Shown piece by piece: positions 11,368 through 24,600 of a stretch of 64,000 nt of DNA. The notes under the pieces were generated by a model. It saw only the letters and a list, made by a program, of their open reading frames with translations. It had not been told where the DNA came from and ran no database searches. The position numbers were made by a program, and so were the translations under genes. The stretch's first letter is position 1; each line of letters starts with the position of its first letter. The stretch is from the NCBI GenBank assembly GCA_900088475.1, contig FLMG01001375.1:1-64000 (forward strand), in the 5' to 3' direction. Source of the DNA: Hyphochytrium catenoides (lineage: Eukaryota; Protista; Hyphochytriomycota).

Positions 11368-13707
11368 GGTCATGCACGTAGTCACTTGTGGATCTCCAGA
11401 AGACCCCTGTTCTTCGTCGTCTATTGTTGCAGATCTTTGGTCGTTGCTTCTTGTGAGCGTCCGGCTGAAGGGATGGGGTGGGGAGGAAGGGGCGACAAGG
11501 GCTGTAGTGTAGTAGGGGAAGGTGCTGCTGTTGTTTCAGTGTCCGTATGACTGCGGTGCCTCCTCCGCTTGTCCTTCTCCTTATACAACTCGTATGGAAT
11601 AAAGGAAAAGTTCAGTTATAGGTAGTCACCACAGCTGGTCCGGCGGATATGTCTCGTGGCCTCTCTGCCCTGTGTTCACCTCCTCTTGTTAAACCATATT
11701 TCGACGTGAGCTCTTCTCCAGGTACGATGACTGCTCTGGTCATTTCCTGAGGGAGATCAAGAGGTTCAGCACTACTGATGATGCTATTATCAGCAGACGC
11801 TCCCCTTGTCATTGATGGTGGTGTGACGGAGAAGTTAGCAGTCATCCTATCTTGACGGAGATCTCCTCCTCGTCGATATTCTATGGTCCGCATCTCTGCT
11901 AATGACAATAATACTTGTATGACCCGGACTAGCCCTCCTAAGTCTAACCCTACCTCACGGAACCAATGGTGGCTTCTCTAAGTCAACTTCGTCAAAGGTT
12001 GTTGTAGCTTAGGCCTGGTGTGGTTGATGGGGCTTCTTCCAGTCCTCGGCGAGGAAGGCTGCTGGGTTGATTATGTTTTTATTGCATTATTGCGTCTTTG
12101 ACGTAGGAGGAGATGTAAGGCCTTATTAGGGGGATACGTCCCTGTGTGTGATCGCTCTCTTTATGTTCCTTCTCCAGCAGGAAAGGTGTATCAGCGATGA
12201 CAATGACGGCGTTACTCGATTGTCCAGATCTCCGCTGCTCAAATAGCTGCACCGTTCCGCACCACTTCTTCATGATAGATTAATTCCCCGCGCTGTCCGA
12301 TCCCTCGAGAGCACACCAATGATCTGAAGCGAGGTTCACAGTGTGCACCCAACAAGAAGTATCCGAAGAGCTTGTCAATGATTGTAGGGGCAATCTCTCT
12401 CTCTCTTTCTCCGCGTAGTTCCTTTCATCCCAAGGACACGAGGCTATCAGCTGTAGAACTACCAGCTACTTGGTGCTCTCTGGGCAAAAAGGCTGTTACT
12501 GGGCTTGCAGCTTTGAACAAGGAAGCAAGGTGTTAGCGGCTACAAATAACGACCCTGGAAGAACTCAAAACCATGTTTGAAAGATCTCTCAATCTCTCTG
12601 TTCTCACCACCTCTGGTTGTTGACTCTCTCTGTCTCTTTGGACCTCTGTTTCCCACTGAGATGATAGGTCTAATACTTACTTTTATCTATCTATTGCGGT
12701 CTCTGTCTCCTCCTCAAGTCTATGTCTATCCCTCGCTTTTGTTAATTTTTTCTCTCGTCTGGGTGACAGACAGATGTCAAGTTGAGCCCAAGGCCCATCA
12801 TCTGCCTGCCTGTCTGCCCACAGTGTGTTCTGCAGGCTCTCAGCGCTTGACAGACCTGACCTTTCATATATCAACACGAAGACGCTGACCATTAATAGCG
12901 CTCGGACTCCAGTCTATGGGCTATGTATGAGGAGGCCCTTGGGTGACACACACCGTATAGACGTATGTTATCTGACAGCAAGATGGTTGTCGACGTGGCC
13001 ACTCAGCGGGCTCGACAGGCCAGTAAGGCCAACCTGAGCACGGTAAGGGCTAACCCATTGTCGCGCAAGACTAAGCTCGGTGATTCTAAAAGTGTCGTTA
13101 TATCGGCTTTTGGTCCCTCTTCCTCTGTCGCTCTCGCATTACTTCTTCGCCACTTTCCTTTGTCCTCTCTTAAAAACTCTTATTGCCTTTCTGCTGTCGC
13201 TTAACTCCCTTGGTAATTGGTGCGAAACCTTCTGCCGTCACGCTGAAAATCACAGCTTCAAGCTCGATATGCCAAGGTAGGAGATCTTTGTTTATCTGGT
13301 GCTGTTTAGTCCCTTAGTGCCTCGCCCCGTTTTCTAGTTTGCTAACCGCCGCCGAAGTCCGGACCCTGCCGCGGATGAGACTGCAAGTGAAGATAATTCT
13401 GAGGCCGGCAGAGGTCTCCTTAGCTCGCCGAAGAAGGTGCGACTTTGAAAGCAATCCAATCCGGGTGTCTGTCTTGTTAGTCTGCAAAATCTGTAAGCTC
13501 CGTCTTTCACCCTGTCCTCGGTGCTGTGCGTCCTCCCCGATATATTCCTAGAGTGGGCCCATAGTTCCTGCCTCGTACTTACATCGCCGGGCGTAGGTTT
13601 CTTTTCAGGAAAGGGCGCCAACTCCCGCGAGCACCTCCTTCCCGCCGCCTTGCTCATGGAAAGGGAGACGGCAGACCCACAATATCTCTGATGCTTCTTT
13701 CAGCACA

Positions 13708-16700
13708 ATGGTTGGTCTTCATTCCTGCTGCCCTTATTTACATCCAATGTACCTCAGGACATACTAAGGCTTCTACCAGAACAAGCTTGCCTGGATAGCT
13801 TTGTGTGCATCCCCCTATCTCTCGTCTTCAACCGCTCTTCAGTATGGACTCCTCAGTTTCTATATAATCTGGTCTCTGCTACTCGAGGCTTTTCTCATAC
13901 CATACTGCTTGCAGCACGACTATAGTGACGCTCCGACAGCTGAGCTGACAGAATTATCGGTCGATGGGGGAGATCTGGACCGCTCACGCGAGTCTGTCGA
14001 CAGCTTTGTCAGTCCTATCGAAGCCAGGAAACGAGCTCCCCCTGAGGTAGAGAGGAAACCAACAGCAGCTTTTGAAGCTCGTCACGTCTTACGTTCGTCC
14101 ATTCATCTTTCCCCAATTTACCTGTGAATACTCCTTTTTTCCTTGTGCGTTGCGTCGTTTGGGCATGGTTTGCTCCAACTCTCCCAACACATGGCTCCCC
14201 CTTATCCGTCTACCCAAAGCTGACTCTCCCACTCTCTCTCGCATTTCTAGAAAGAGGTGACACAGATTGTAGAAAGCATACCTGACAAAGAGCAGAAAAA
14301 GACCGCAGCACTTTTGGGAACTCAACGGAAAGTCGTCGGTTCGAAAGCTCCCCCACAGCCCGCGTTGTTGCAGGAGGAAGAAGATGCCCGCAAAGCTACA
14401 GCTTCTCTTACGTCTACCACCTTGCATGAGGCCCAGAGGATTCGACAGGAAGCGGTAGGCAATGTACTTTTTTCGAAGGGCTTACAAAGGCGCATCTGTT
14501 GCTAATTTTGATTCTAGGATGAAATTAAGAGGAAGGCCGAAAGGACGAAGAGCAGAGCTGAGAAAGCAGAGGATGAGCTCCTGCTGTCGCTCCCTTTTGG
14601 TGAAAAAAGACCGATCGAGCTCCACAAAGCAAGGCCTGGACAAAAAGCATTTCTACCTATGTACTGGGAGACTCTTGCTCATGTTAGAGAGGAAGAGGAT
14701 AATCGGGAGAAGATTCGAGAAAGAAGAAAGGCTCAGAAAGTCATTGATGAGCTTGAGGAACAGAGAATGAGGGTTGTGGAGACAATCACAGGGTTTGGTA
14801 AAATGACAGAACCTCACCCTAAGGTGCCAGCGTACTTCGTCTGGGACCCAGTGTATGACGTGTGGAAGGATCCGGAGGTATGGCGGCTTCTTCGTCCTCT
14901 CAGCACATGGGTCACTAATCTCCAACTCTAAGCAGTTGCCTCCTTCGCATCGAGTTGGCTATCTCCTGAAATCTAGTGCTTGTCCATACCTCACTCTGCC
15001 TTAAGTCTAGTCCCCATTAGTCACTTCTTCCGCTCACTCTCTGATTTATCAAACAACCTTCTCCTCTTCTGACGATAATTGCACTTGTAGATCCAGCGCA
15101 GAGTTGCCGAGAAGAAAAGGATTGCAGCAGAGTACAAGCTGCATGTTCAGGAATTTGAGGAGTCACTTGAGAAGGAGGCAAGGAAAAGGAAAGCGAAGGC
15201 GTCTGAAGTAGATAACAAGAACCCTTGCTACTTCGTCTGGCAGCCTGTCTATGACGTGTGGAAGGACCCAGAGGTAAACCCCTCTCTTCCCTTCACAAAG
15301 CACAACAAGCCTCAACAAACTTCCTTGGGTCTTTCCGGTGATGCGTGTCTTATTTCCCTTGATATCTTACTTCCAATGAGAATCCTCCCGTCCTCTCCCT
15401 AGCTCAAGTTGTCATACGATTTCATTTTCTCTATCTCGTCCTTTGTTCTGCGCCACGGATGCCCACTAGATCAAGCGGAGAGAAGAGGAAAAAAGACGAC
15501 GAGAGGTGGAATATAGGCGCCATATCAAGGAGTACTTTGACTCTCTGAAAGCCAGCAAGCTACGGAACAAGGCTGCGCAACGAATTCCCGTTGAGTTTGC
15601 GTGGGGTCGAGAAGATGAAAGTTATCTTGAGGAATATGTAGGTGTCAAGTTTGTTAGAGCCAAAAGTGTCGTTGTGCCCCAAGACCTATTTTTCCGTTCT
15701 TCATGTGGGCTGGCTTTGAATGGTATCGCGTTTTTCTCAGCGTCCTCAGGAAATCTTCTACAGCTGTCTTTGCTGTTCGCTCCTGGTCTTTCTAATTAGT
15801 TCTAAGCTGCCTTGCTCATAGTCGTCCTTACTCATTACGTTGCACTCATTCAGCATAAAGAGATGGCGGAGCTGCATGCGAAACGGATGAGAGACCTAGA
15901 GCGGTATAGGAAGAGTATGGAAGAGTTCCATGCGTACATGGACAAGGCTGCGAAGATGGCGCCGACAAGAGAGACTGCTGTCCCTTACTTCTTTGCATGG
16001 GATAGAGACAAGAAAGTGGTCTCGCACAAAAGAAATGCAGAGGATTATAGTCCGATCACTCCTCCATGGACTCCTATCAGCATCAGCAACGAACCTGAGA
16101 TTGATTACCTCATAGACAGGCAAGAAAGCGCAGGACCAACTAGGGACGACGCCAATGAGAAGAGAGCTGTGCGATCAGAACCCGAGATCCTCGAGATCAA
16201 ACCTGAGGAAGTTGCTGTTAAACCATCGCCTGATACCACCTCCTCTTCGTCTGCATTTCCAACTCCCGCGACTGGGGCAGTGCATCTGGTGGAGCAACGA
16301 GCTGGCGACTATCATGTCTCGCCCACAGCTACCTTACCAGCATCCAGCCAGGCCACTCCTTCTGAACGGCTTAGTTTCTCTCAGCGAACGTCACCATCCC
16401 AGCCAATCGCTGCTCCACAGCCCCTTGCTCCTGTACAAATTCAAAGATTCGAAAAGGTGCAAGAACCCAACTCCAGGAATTGGTCACCGTTGAAGGAGGT
16501 GGTCAGGGAAAGGGTAAGTACTCCTCTCCTTTCCTCAAGCAAAACAAGCCAGAAGGATGAGAGATCATTCCATTTCTTCCTCAAGCGCCCTCAATCCATT
16601 TCATGCCTTTGACATACTATTTCCTATCCCCCTTGGTGAGTTGTCCTCACGCTTTCTTCACCTTCGCTACCACTCTGCTGCACCATCTGCCACCTGCTTA

Positions 16701-17933
16701 CTGTATGTCCCTTCACCACATAGCATCTGGGGTCCAAGCACCGGCGTTTTGAGTCGGAAATCAATCCTGGTTACGTCAGAAGGTCCGAGTATATGGATAG
16801 GTACAAATGGCCCCTAGAGAGTACCCCAGAGGGAAATGTGCGCTGCGTCTCGGCACCCGAGAAGATCTTAGTTGGTCCCAAGATAGCTAACTCGGACCAT
16901 GAAGTTAACGGAAGGCCAATCACTCGAGGTGAGGATCAAGGCGTTGGACTGCCTACGCTCATTGAGGCTCAACCTGTTCATACCGGAGACGAGGCAGTGA
17001 AGATTGCGCAAGAGGTCACGGCTCCAGTCAAGCGTATCGTCCCTGGCAGTCTTGCTGACTTAGAAAGAAGAAAGAGGGAGAAGCTCGCATGGCTTAAGAG
17101 AAAGAAAGAGAGAGAAGACATGATGAAGAGAATAAGGACCTTGACCCCTGCAGGAAGGCAAGATAAAGTTGCACCTCCTGTTACCAACGTCCCTCATTCC
17201 CTTACCTGGGAGGCACCAAAGCCAACAGGCAGAACGGTAAGGGACAGCGAAGGCTTTAATTGCTTATCCGCACTGCAGCCACGCTGACAACCTCCTCTCT
17301 GTTTTTCTTTTGCTCTTCCAAAGAGGGAACAAGCACTGAACGAAATGAAGCTAGAAGACCTTAGGGACATTAGCCGAATTACTTCTCTAAACTCTGCAAG
17401 TCTTAGAAACGGCGGCGCCAGCCCCAAGCCTCCTCTTTCGCCTTCTCACTCGATTTCGTCTAGCTTGATCTCTAACACTTCTAAAGCTTCAACCTTGAGC
17501 AGAGAGAGTCAAAAGATTCCTCGGTGGCGGCCCAAGGTAGGATCCTTCTATGTTCTGCGCGATCTTGACGAGGAGCAAGACGATGTAGACAAAGTTCTTG
17601 CACATCCTGTTTCCATTCTTAACCCGTTATGTCTCTTTTTTTGACTGCTTTGGGCCCATCTCCCCCTCTCCCGCCGGCTACACCTCTGCTTGTACTTGGG
17701 TGGACGCTGAGCCTCAGTTTGCTGACGAGCTCCCCTCTGGACTTCTCTCATTTTATCTGCGCCTTCGGTCTCGGTGTAGCTTATGCTTCGTCATACTAAT
17801 ATTTCTGCTTTTCTTGTTGACCCGTTCACACCAGGGTTGGAGGGAGTTCATGAAGAGCCCTATTCTCCAAAATCCGCGCTATCCGGTATACTCGGAGGCC
17901 GAGCGATTCACTCGTACGTCGAGGAGCATGTAG
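13708..17933 (+). CDS. Large unknown multi-exon protein with internal ~55-60 aa repeats and coiled coils
   Basis: In-frame exons joined by GT-AG introns. Repeated motif PAYFVWDPVYDVWKDPE / PCYFVWQPVYDVWKDPE / PVEFAW / PYFFAW. Ser/Pro-rich C-terminal half. Start position is tentative. Confidence 0.65.
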
Positions 17934-18296
17934 TCTCCAAGTCTTAGGCAGTGTTGTCTTCTAGTTCACCATTATATTACGGCTCACGCAGGCCTAGGCC
18001 GCTGTAGCTCCTCCAGGAATGCATTAGTTAAGAGAGTGAGCGCCGTTATGCTTTCTTTTTTGAGCGATAGATCCCCCTAGGATGTCAAAACAACATCGGA
18101 GGAGGTGACTATGCTCTCTATCGTCGCCCTTCCTGTCCGAAGAGAGAGAGGGAGTGAAATGCGAAGAGGTAACCTCGTTGGGAATCGAAGGTCCACCAAC
18201 GGAGACCAGTCCTAGAGAACTAGAGCTTTGGAGTATGAGTTACTCGTCTCTACAACTAATCTGTAGCCGTGTTTGGAGGGAGGTTGTTTTTTTTTC

Positions 18297-21200
18297 TTAC
18301 GCTTCTCGCAGGTAACTCTCAATCACTCGGTCGGCTCTCCTCACCCTCCTGTGTAGCATAAGTGGAGGAACATCCAACAGGCGCGCACAGTGGTCCAGTA
18401 GCAGGCTATAACAGCGATGAAAGGAGCCTTGGGGGTCCACGGTATCCTTGTATAGGGGGAAGAAGTAGACATCATTCGCTCTCTGCACCTCCTGCTCACT
18501 CTGTTTGCTACGTCCATTCCCGCGACCACTGTCGTCCTCAGAGAGAAAAGAGAGCCGGACAGGGTGTTGATGACCTAAGTCAACTCCTCTGCCTGACTCT
18601 GTCTCCCCTGTCAATCGTCGTAAGAAGTCGATATGATCTTCTTGATCTTGATGTCCCGCCTCTCCGGCGTAGATGCCGGTTTCGGCAAAGCTTGTATATC
18701 TGCTGAGCTCCTCTCTCTCCATGTTTTGGATGTCGTCGTAGGTCCAGGGGATAGGTTGCTCCTCCACTAAGTGCAGCATGCGCTCTAATTCAGCGATATC
18801 ATGCTGTCTCCGTCTTTCTTTATCTCGGCTCTTAGCTTTGACAAAAGAAGGAAGAAGGGCACAGCAGTCACCTGAGCACGTTGTTCTACCGTCAAAATAG
18901 GCGAACTTATGCCAATGTGGAAGAAGCTTTGTCGAAAGGATTACTAGGGCCATGACATCTAATGCGGATTGTGGTCGTAGCTTGTCTAGGAAGACACTTC
19001 GAGAGCGATATCCTGCCTCCAAAAAGTTCTGTGCCGGAGTGACTAGCTAAGGAAGTGGAGTAAGTACCATGAATAGGTGCATGGGAAGGTTAAGAACAAA
19101 GAAATACAGCAGGGAAGAGGCGAATGAGGATTGGGCTGAGATAGGACGAGAGCAGAAACAGCACACATTAGCGAGGAAGTGCACGTGGACAGAAAAGCAT
19201 GGCAACGAAGAAGACAAAGAAAGAGATAAGATTAAATCGTCCATGCGCAAATGTATGGGCAACTTAGAGGCTACGACTGGCATCGCACTTTGAGCTGAGG
19301 CAACCGGAGCCAGGAAATGAGGATCGCAAACGATCCAGATAACATGCAGCTTAAGGACCAGCGGAAGTAGAGACTAAGCCTTCCTGTGCTCAATAAGTAG
19401 TTGTAAACAGAAATCTCTCCGATTACTGTCGCATACCTGTTCATATTTCTTTAAGACTGTGGAAGGGAGGCCAAGTCGGTAAACTAGCTCCGCTCCTAGC
19501 GCCATTACCTCGTAGGGAGGTGGTGGGCTTAAACCCAAGGTAGAAGAGATATGCTCCATCATCAGACTGAGTCGAGAAGAAGAGACAACTCTTCTTGGCC
19601 GGAAAACCTCCCGGGCTTTGCGCACCTTCCGTTGAAGAGGGGCAGGTAGCATAGAGAAGGAACCAAAGTATGGCAGCTCCCCATTGAGAACGAAAGAGAG
19701 AAGAAAGGAGGGGACGATAGGGAGCCGGAGAGAGCGACAACAATAAAACAGAATGGCCAGTAACACGGGAAGACGAGGCCTAAGTTGTGCTCGAGCCGAG
19801 AACTTCCCTCTGAAGCCACTTCGACCTTCCAGCTTGTTCCTCTCTGCTTCAGCTTCGTCCGTCTTTCTCCCACTTCTCTCATTCGCATCCCCTTTTCTTC
19901 GAGAATCTTTGTCGCTGTCCTCCTCTTCTAGCTCCAGCTGCTCTTCATCGTTTTCCTGGTCTCCATCTTGTGCTAAGACAACCAGGCGAGAGAGAGAAAG
20001 AGAGCTTAAGGCTTGAAACGACAGAAAGCAGGTCTCCAAGCTCTATGACGAAATAAATGCCGAAGATCTCAGAAGACCAAGAGTCCACAGCGTTAAGATT
20101 TAAAACCGGGTCATCGACGTCAAATAGCGGCGACAAGCGAAGGCAAGCTCACCTCTCTCATCTTCTGTCTCACTCTCTGCATCTCCTTCCTTCTTACTAT
20201 AACGATTGCGTGTGATAGAGGTGAATGCCTCCACCAGCTCCACGTAAGAGAGCTCCTGTTGCCACCAGCGGACAAGGCTGCACCAGCAGCGCTCTACCAG
20301 AAGCTCGAAGTTGAGAACTGCTTGCTCTTCGAGCTTGAGAAGAGGGATGAGTGCATTTGTCTGAAGCTTTAGGGTGAACTGCAGAGCCTCGAGACATGCC
20401 AGGGGAGAAATCTCCTTGTCTTCAGTCTACATCGTGCGGAGAGAGCCAGAAAAACAAGTGAGTGAATGCTTACTTTTGTCAGATGGGAGAAAGAGCGAGA
20501 TAGACGCAAGAGATTAGGTGACTGAAGGAAGCTTGACAGAGACAGAAAGAAGGAACGACCAACAGAGATTGGACGGAGAAAGAGAAACTGGAAGCGGCAG
20601 AGAGGAAGAGGAAGAGACAACAGCACTGGAAGAGACGAGGAAGAGTGACCAAGTAACACAAACGTGAAAGAGAGAGGAAATAAGCGTCAAGAGGCATAGC
20701 AATAAGGGTAAAGGGTGACAGAGGACATAGAATAGTGGCGTTCAACACAAGGATTGCGTTACAAGGTGTTTTCATAGGCGAGCTAATCAGGTAAAGAAGT
20801 GAGATCATGATACAGAATACGCATGATTAGCCTATGAGAGCTAGAAGAGTAACGAAGAGGGGCTGAAGGTGCTACTGCGAGACGAAAGAAGAGGAAGAGA
20901 GAGAGAGAGGGTGAGATTAAGCTGGAGGTGACTGGGAAAGAGCGGGGAGAACGGAGAAGATGACACTGCAGTAGAGGTGCCAAACCTGATCTTCCGTTTG
21001 CTGTCTCAAGCTCTTCTGGCTGACTTTACGCGTGATAACTCGGCCACGAATACGGGCAATCTGCCCTCCATCATCAGCCTAGTGCCCCAGGTTGGGCGAG
21101 AGAGATCGGGGAGGAGAAAGGGCAGAGGAGCAGATAAGGGGAGCGTAAGCAGAGGGAAGAGGACGAGGGAGAGACACAGAGGCAGAGAGGCGGAAAGAGA

Positions 21201-21576
21201 GAGAAAGAGACAGAGACAAAGAGAGGCAGAGAGAGAGAGAGCATGCATAAGAAAAGAGCGAAAGCTTAAATAAGAAAAGAAGGGTTAAGCATAGCAAAAG
21301 GAAAGACACTACCAAGCAATCAGCTCAGAGAAAGTTCCCAAGAAAGAGAGAGAGTTTCGCCATGAGGATTTGACCGTAGAGAGTGAGAGCAGTGGAAGAG
21401 AGACCTCCTCTCCTCGAACGGAGACAAGATCTGAGACTAATCACAAAGGAACTCACCTCAAGCCGCTCTGTCCTGCCTTCATAGTGGCGAGTTCCGCACT
21501 CCTCACAGACGAGCTCTCCAAGATCATTCTCACTGAAGCAATCTATGGCCCGGCAGGTGAAGCAGATCAGAGGCAT
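18297..21576 (-). CDS. TAF1B: RNA polymerase I initiation factor Rrn7/TAF1B, multi-exon
   Basis: N-terminal zinc ribbon MPLICFTCRAIDCFSENDLGELVCEECGT. Cyclin-fold segment LPVLLAILFYCCRSLRLPIVPSFLLSFVLNGELPYF resembles the Rrn7 LxICYLAxxxLRLPVxxxD...GxIPY motif. C-terminal YSLLLDHCARLL. Confidence 0.75.
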
Positions 21577-21685
21577 CGAGCGGAACAGCCGTCGACGAGA
21601 CGGACACCTAAAAGCCCGTCCAGCGATTCTCACGCAGCTCGCGAGCTATTGAGACCAGAGATCTGGACAGGTAGAAACAATCGCT

Positions 21686-24600
21686 ATGGGATTCGAGGGA
21701 GAGGGAAGGTGGGAGAAGGTCGGCCAGGCCATTGACCTGACTGAAGATGGCAAGCAGTAGAGCTGCTGTGTCAGGTGATGCGCGAAGGGAAGAGCAGCTG
21801 AGACGGCGATGAGAAGCTTCAGAATTGATAAGCCTAGCCGCTAACGGCTGGAGGTCATGTTGCCTCTCGTCTCTTTCTTGCTCTTATTTCTCTGTCTCCA
21901 CCTCCATCATCTCGACCTCCTCTCCTGAGGCTGGCTGCTCCGTAGGGTGCTTTCTCTCTCTTCAGTCTCACATCTTTCCTTTCTCTCTCGTATCACCAGC
22001 GCCTCCTCTCGCCTCTCTTTGCTCTCCTTGGCTCCCATCCTCCCTCAAGGCGGCACTCAGCCTCGGCCTGGGTGATCTCAGGGCAAACTCGTGCCAGCTA
22101 CACTTTGTCCCTCTGCAGAAGCATGGCGAAGCGCCTGACGAGCACGAGGTACAAGGATGCAAGATGCTCTGCTCTGCCTCGTTGTCGTTGCTGTTTCTCT
22201 CTCTCTGTCTCTCTCTTTCTTTGTGGCTGTCCACTTCTTGTCCCTTACCCCTTCTGATGGCACCTATTGCGTGCGTTCATTCTTATCTCATTCCCTCTGC
22301 TCTCATAGGCTCATTCGTCTTCTATATACCTTTCACTGTCCTCTCTCTCTCTCCCTGCTTTCTCTCTCTTTCTCTCCCTCTACCTGTCCCTTGACAATGT
22401 CTCCTCGTGTCGGGGATTATCTTTCCCGCGCTGATACCTCCTTTTCCTGTCTCCTCTGGACCATTGAAGCGTCAACTATGGCCGAGCTTTGCCAAGAGCT
22501 GTTCGTCCTGCGCATTGCCCTCTCTACGTTCCTAGCTCTTCTCTCCTAGACGGGAAATTTGCTCAAAGCAGAGCCGCGGCCTCCTCCTGGGCTGCACTGG
22601 CAACCTTGAACCAGTTAAAGGAGAAGTATGCCCAGAGACCTAGTGGAAAGCTTGGCGGCATTTCATCCATCATTCCATCCTCTCGAGGGAAGCAGGCAGC
22701 CTCTTCCAATCAGCTGTCGTCTCTTGAAAGCTTTGCTCTGCGTCTCTCTCTCCTCTCTGAACCACGAGTTGGGGGCTCTCTCTCTTCACATGCTGTGGAA
22801 CACGTTCTTGGCAGCTTCAAAGCTGTCATAGAAGAAAAAGACCCTGAAGATGTTCCGTTTAATCTGCTTCTGGATCTTCTGAAGGTGCGCTTAAGCTCCC
22901 GGTCCCGGTCCCTAAAGCACGATCATTGCCTTTCTCCCCCTTCCCCTTACTTACTCTTCCCTCTCCTGCTTTCACATCTTCTCCCATTGCCCTTCGCCGG
23001 CACCGACCAATCGGTGTCTCCTCTTGCTCTGCGTGTGCTACCTACTCACTCTCATTCGTGGTTACCTCCACTCCCCTCCAAGAATGGCTAGGCCTCTTAA
23101 GCTGGCTGGTGGCTCATCCTCTGACTGTTATTTTAGGTCTCTCTTCAGACTGACCAGAAGATATTTGGGGAAGCATTAACGCAAGATCTTCTTGCGCTTT
23201 GTTCATCCTCTCTTGGTGGCGACTCCTCCCTGAAGGGAACGGCAGAGCTGTTTCTCATCCTCTCAAGAGCACAAGAAAGCTTCTCTGCGGAACTCATTCA
23301 TAAATCCTACGATATCTTTGTAGCCTCCCTGAAGGAGGTAGGAATTGAATGAACAGAGGAGATTGAGACATAAGGTTGAAAGGGTGAGGGCCTGTGGGGA
23401 GAAACAGAAAGGCGAAAGGATAGTCATAGATTCTCTGCTTGTAATGGTCTGACACTACTGTTTCGAAGTGGCATACGACTCTCGTCGTTGCTGATATCTA
23501 CTGCCATTGACCTGACCTTCTCTTCACAAGGTCTCAGTCCATCACCTCTGTTTCCGTTCATTTAAATCAGACGCCAGAGGAGCAGAAGAGAGAGCAGGAG
23601 GAGCTAATTGCCCAGGCCTTCACCAGAGCTTTTGAACGCCTGCCCCGCGAAGGGACCCAAGTGCATCAGCTGGCGCCAGTTGAGAAGATCCTCAACGACC
23701 TGGAGACTCTATTTCCTGCATCTGCTCTGCTTCCACCCTCTAGCGCTTACCCTCTTTACCAGGCAGCAGTAAGGGCGTCCACAAATCCATTCCTTGCAGA
23801 AGGACACGAAGGTTAGTCAGCCGACAAGTTATCTATTTTCAGCTATCGCACTGGTTCACGATCTAGACTTACCTGATGCCTCAACAAGACGTTGCAGAAA
23901 CGGATCCGATGCTTCTTCTGAAGTGTTTGGATAAGGGAAAGCCCATTGCCGATATCGCCCCCACTCTACTGATGGAAAGAGTTATGGGCTTGTTAGCACG
24001 AGTGACCCAACGGTTGCGGGTACCGAAAGAGAAGAGAGAAGAGGCTCTTCTGGAGGTCATCTCTCCACTACTTTCAAATGCAGAAAGTGATTCCGAACGA
24101 GTCATGCTTCTTCAACAGAGCCTTACTACCTTCGACCTGACCTTCTCTTCCCCATTAGCGGATCTTCTTCTCTATGCTTTGCCTGGCTCTATTGGTTGTT
24201 CTCGCACCTTTGTTGCCGAGCTGGAAAAGGCGTTTTCATGGTCTCAGAAGCGCACCACAGACGGCTTCAATGACTCGGCTGGCCGGACATTTGCCCTCAT
24301 TCCTCGTGTCGCAACGCTAGGGGAAAGACGGAGATTGTATGCGGAGGTAAGCTTGCATCGCCCCACACGTGCGTTGGAAGTGCACGTTAAATGGCAGGAC
24401 TGACCATAATGAATACAGGGCTGCCATCGACAATATCTAGGTGACAAGGGGCAAGACAACCCTCTCCCATCTGCGTCCCCTTTGGACAATCAGATTCTCG
24501 CAGCTGCTGCCTGCGCATATTTCAGCGATACACTTAGGCTTCTAAGAGAAAAGTATATTTGGCATGGGAAGGTGGACACAGAGGTACAGAGTTCACCAGA

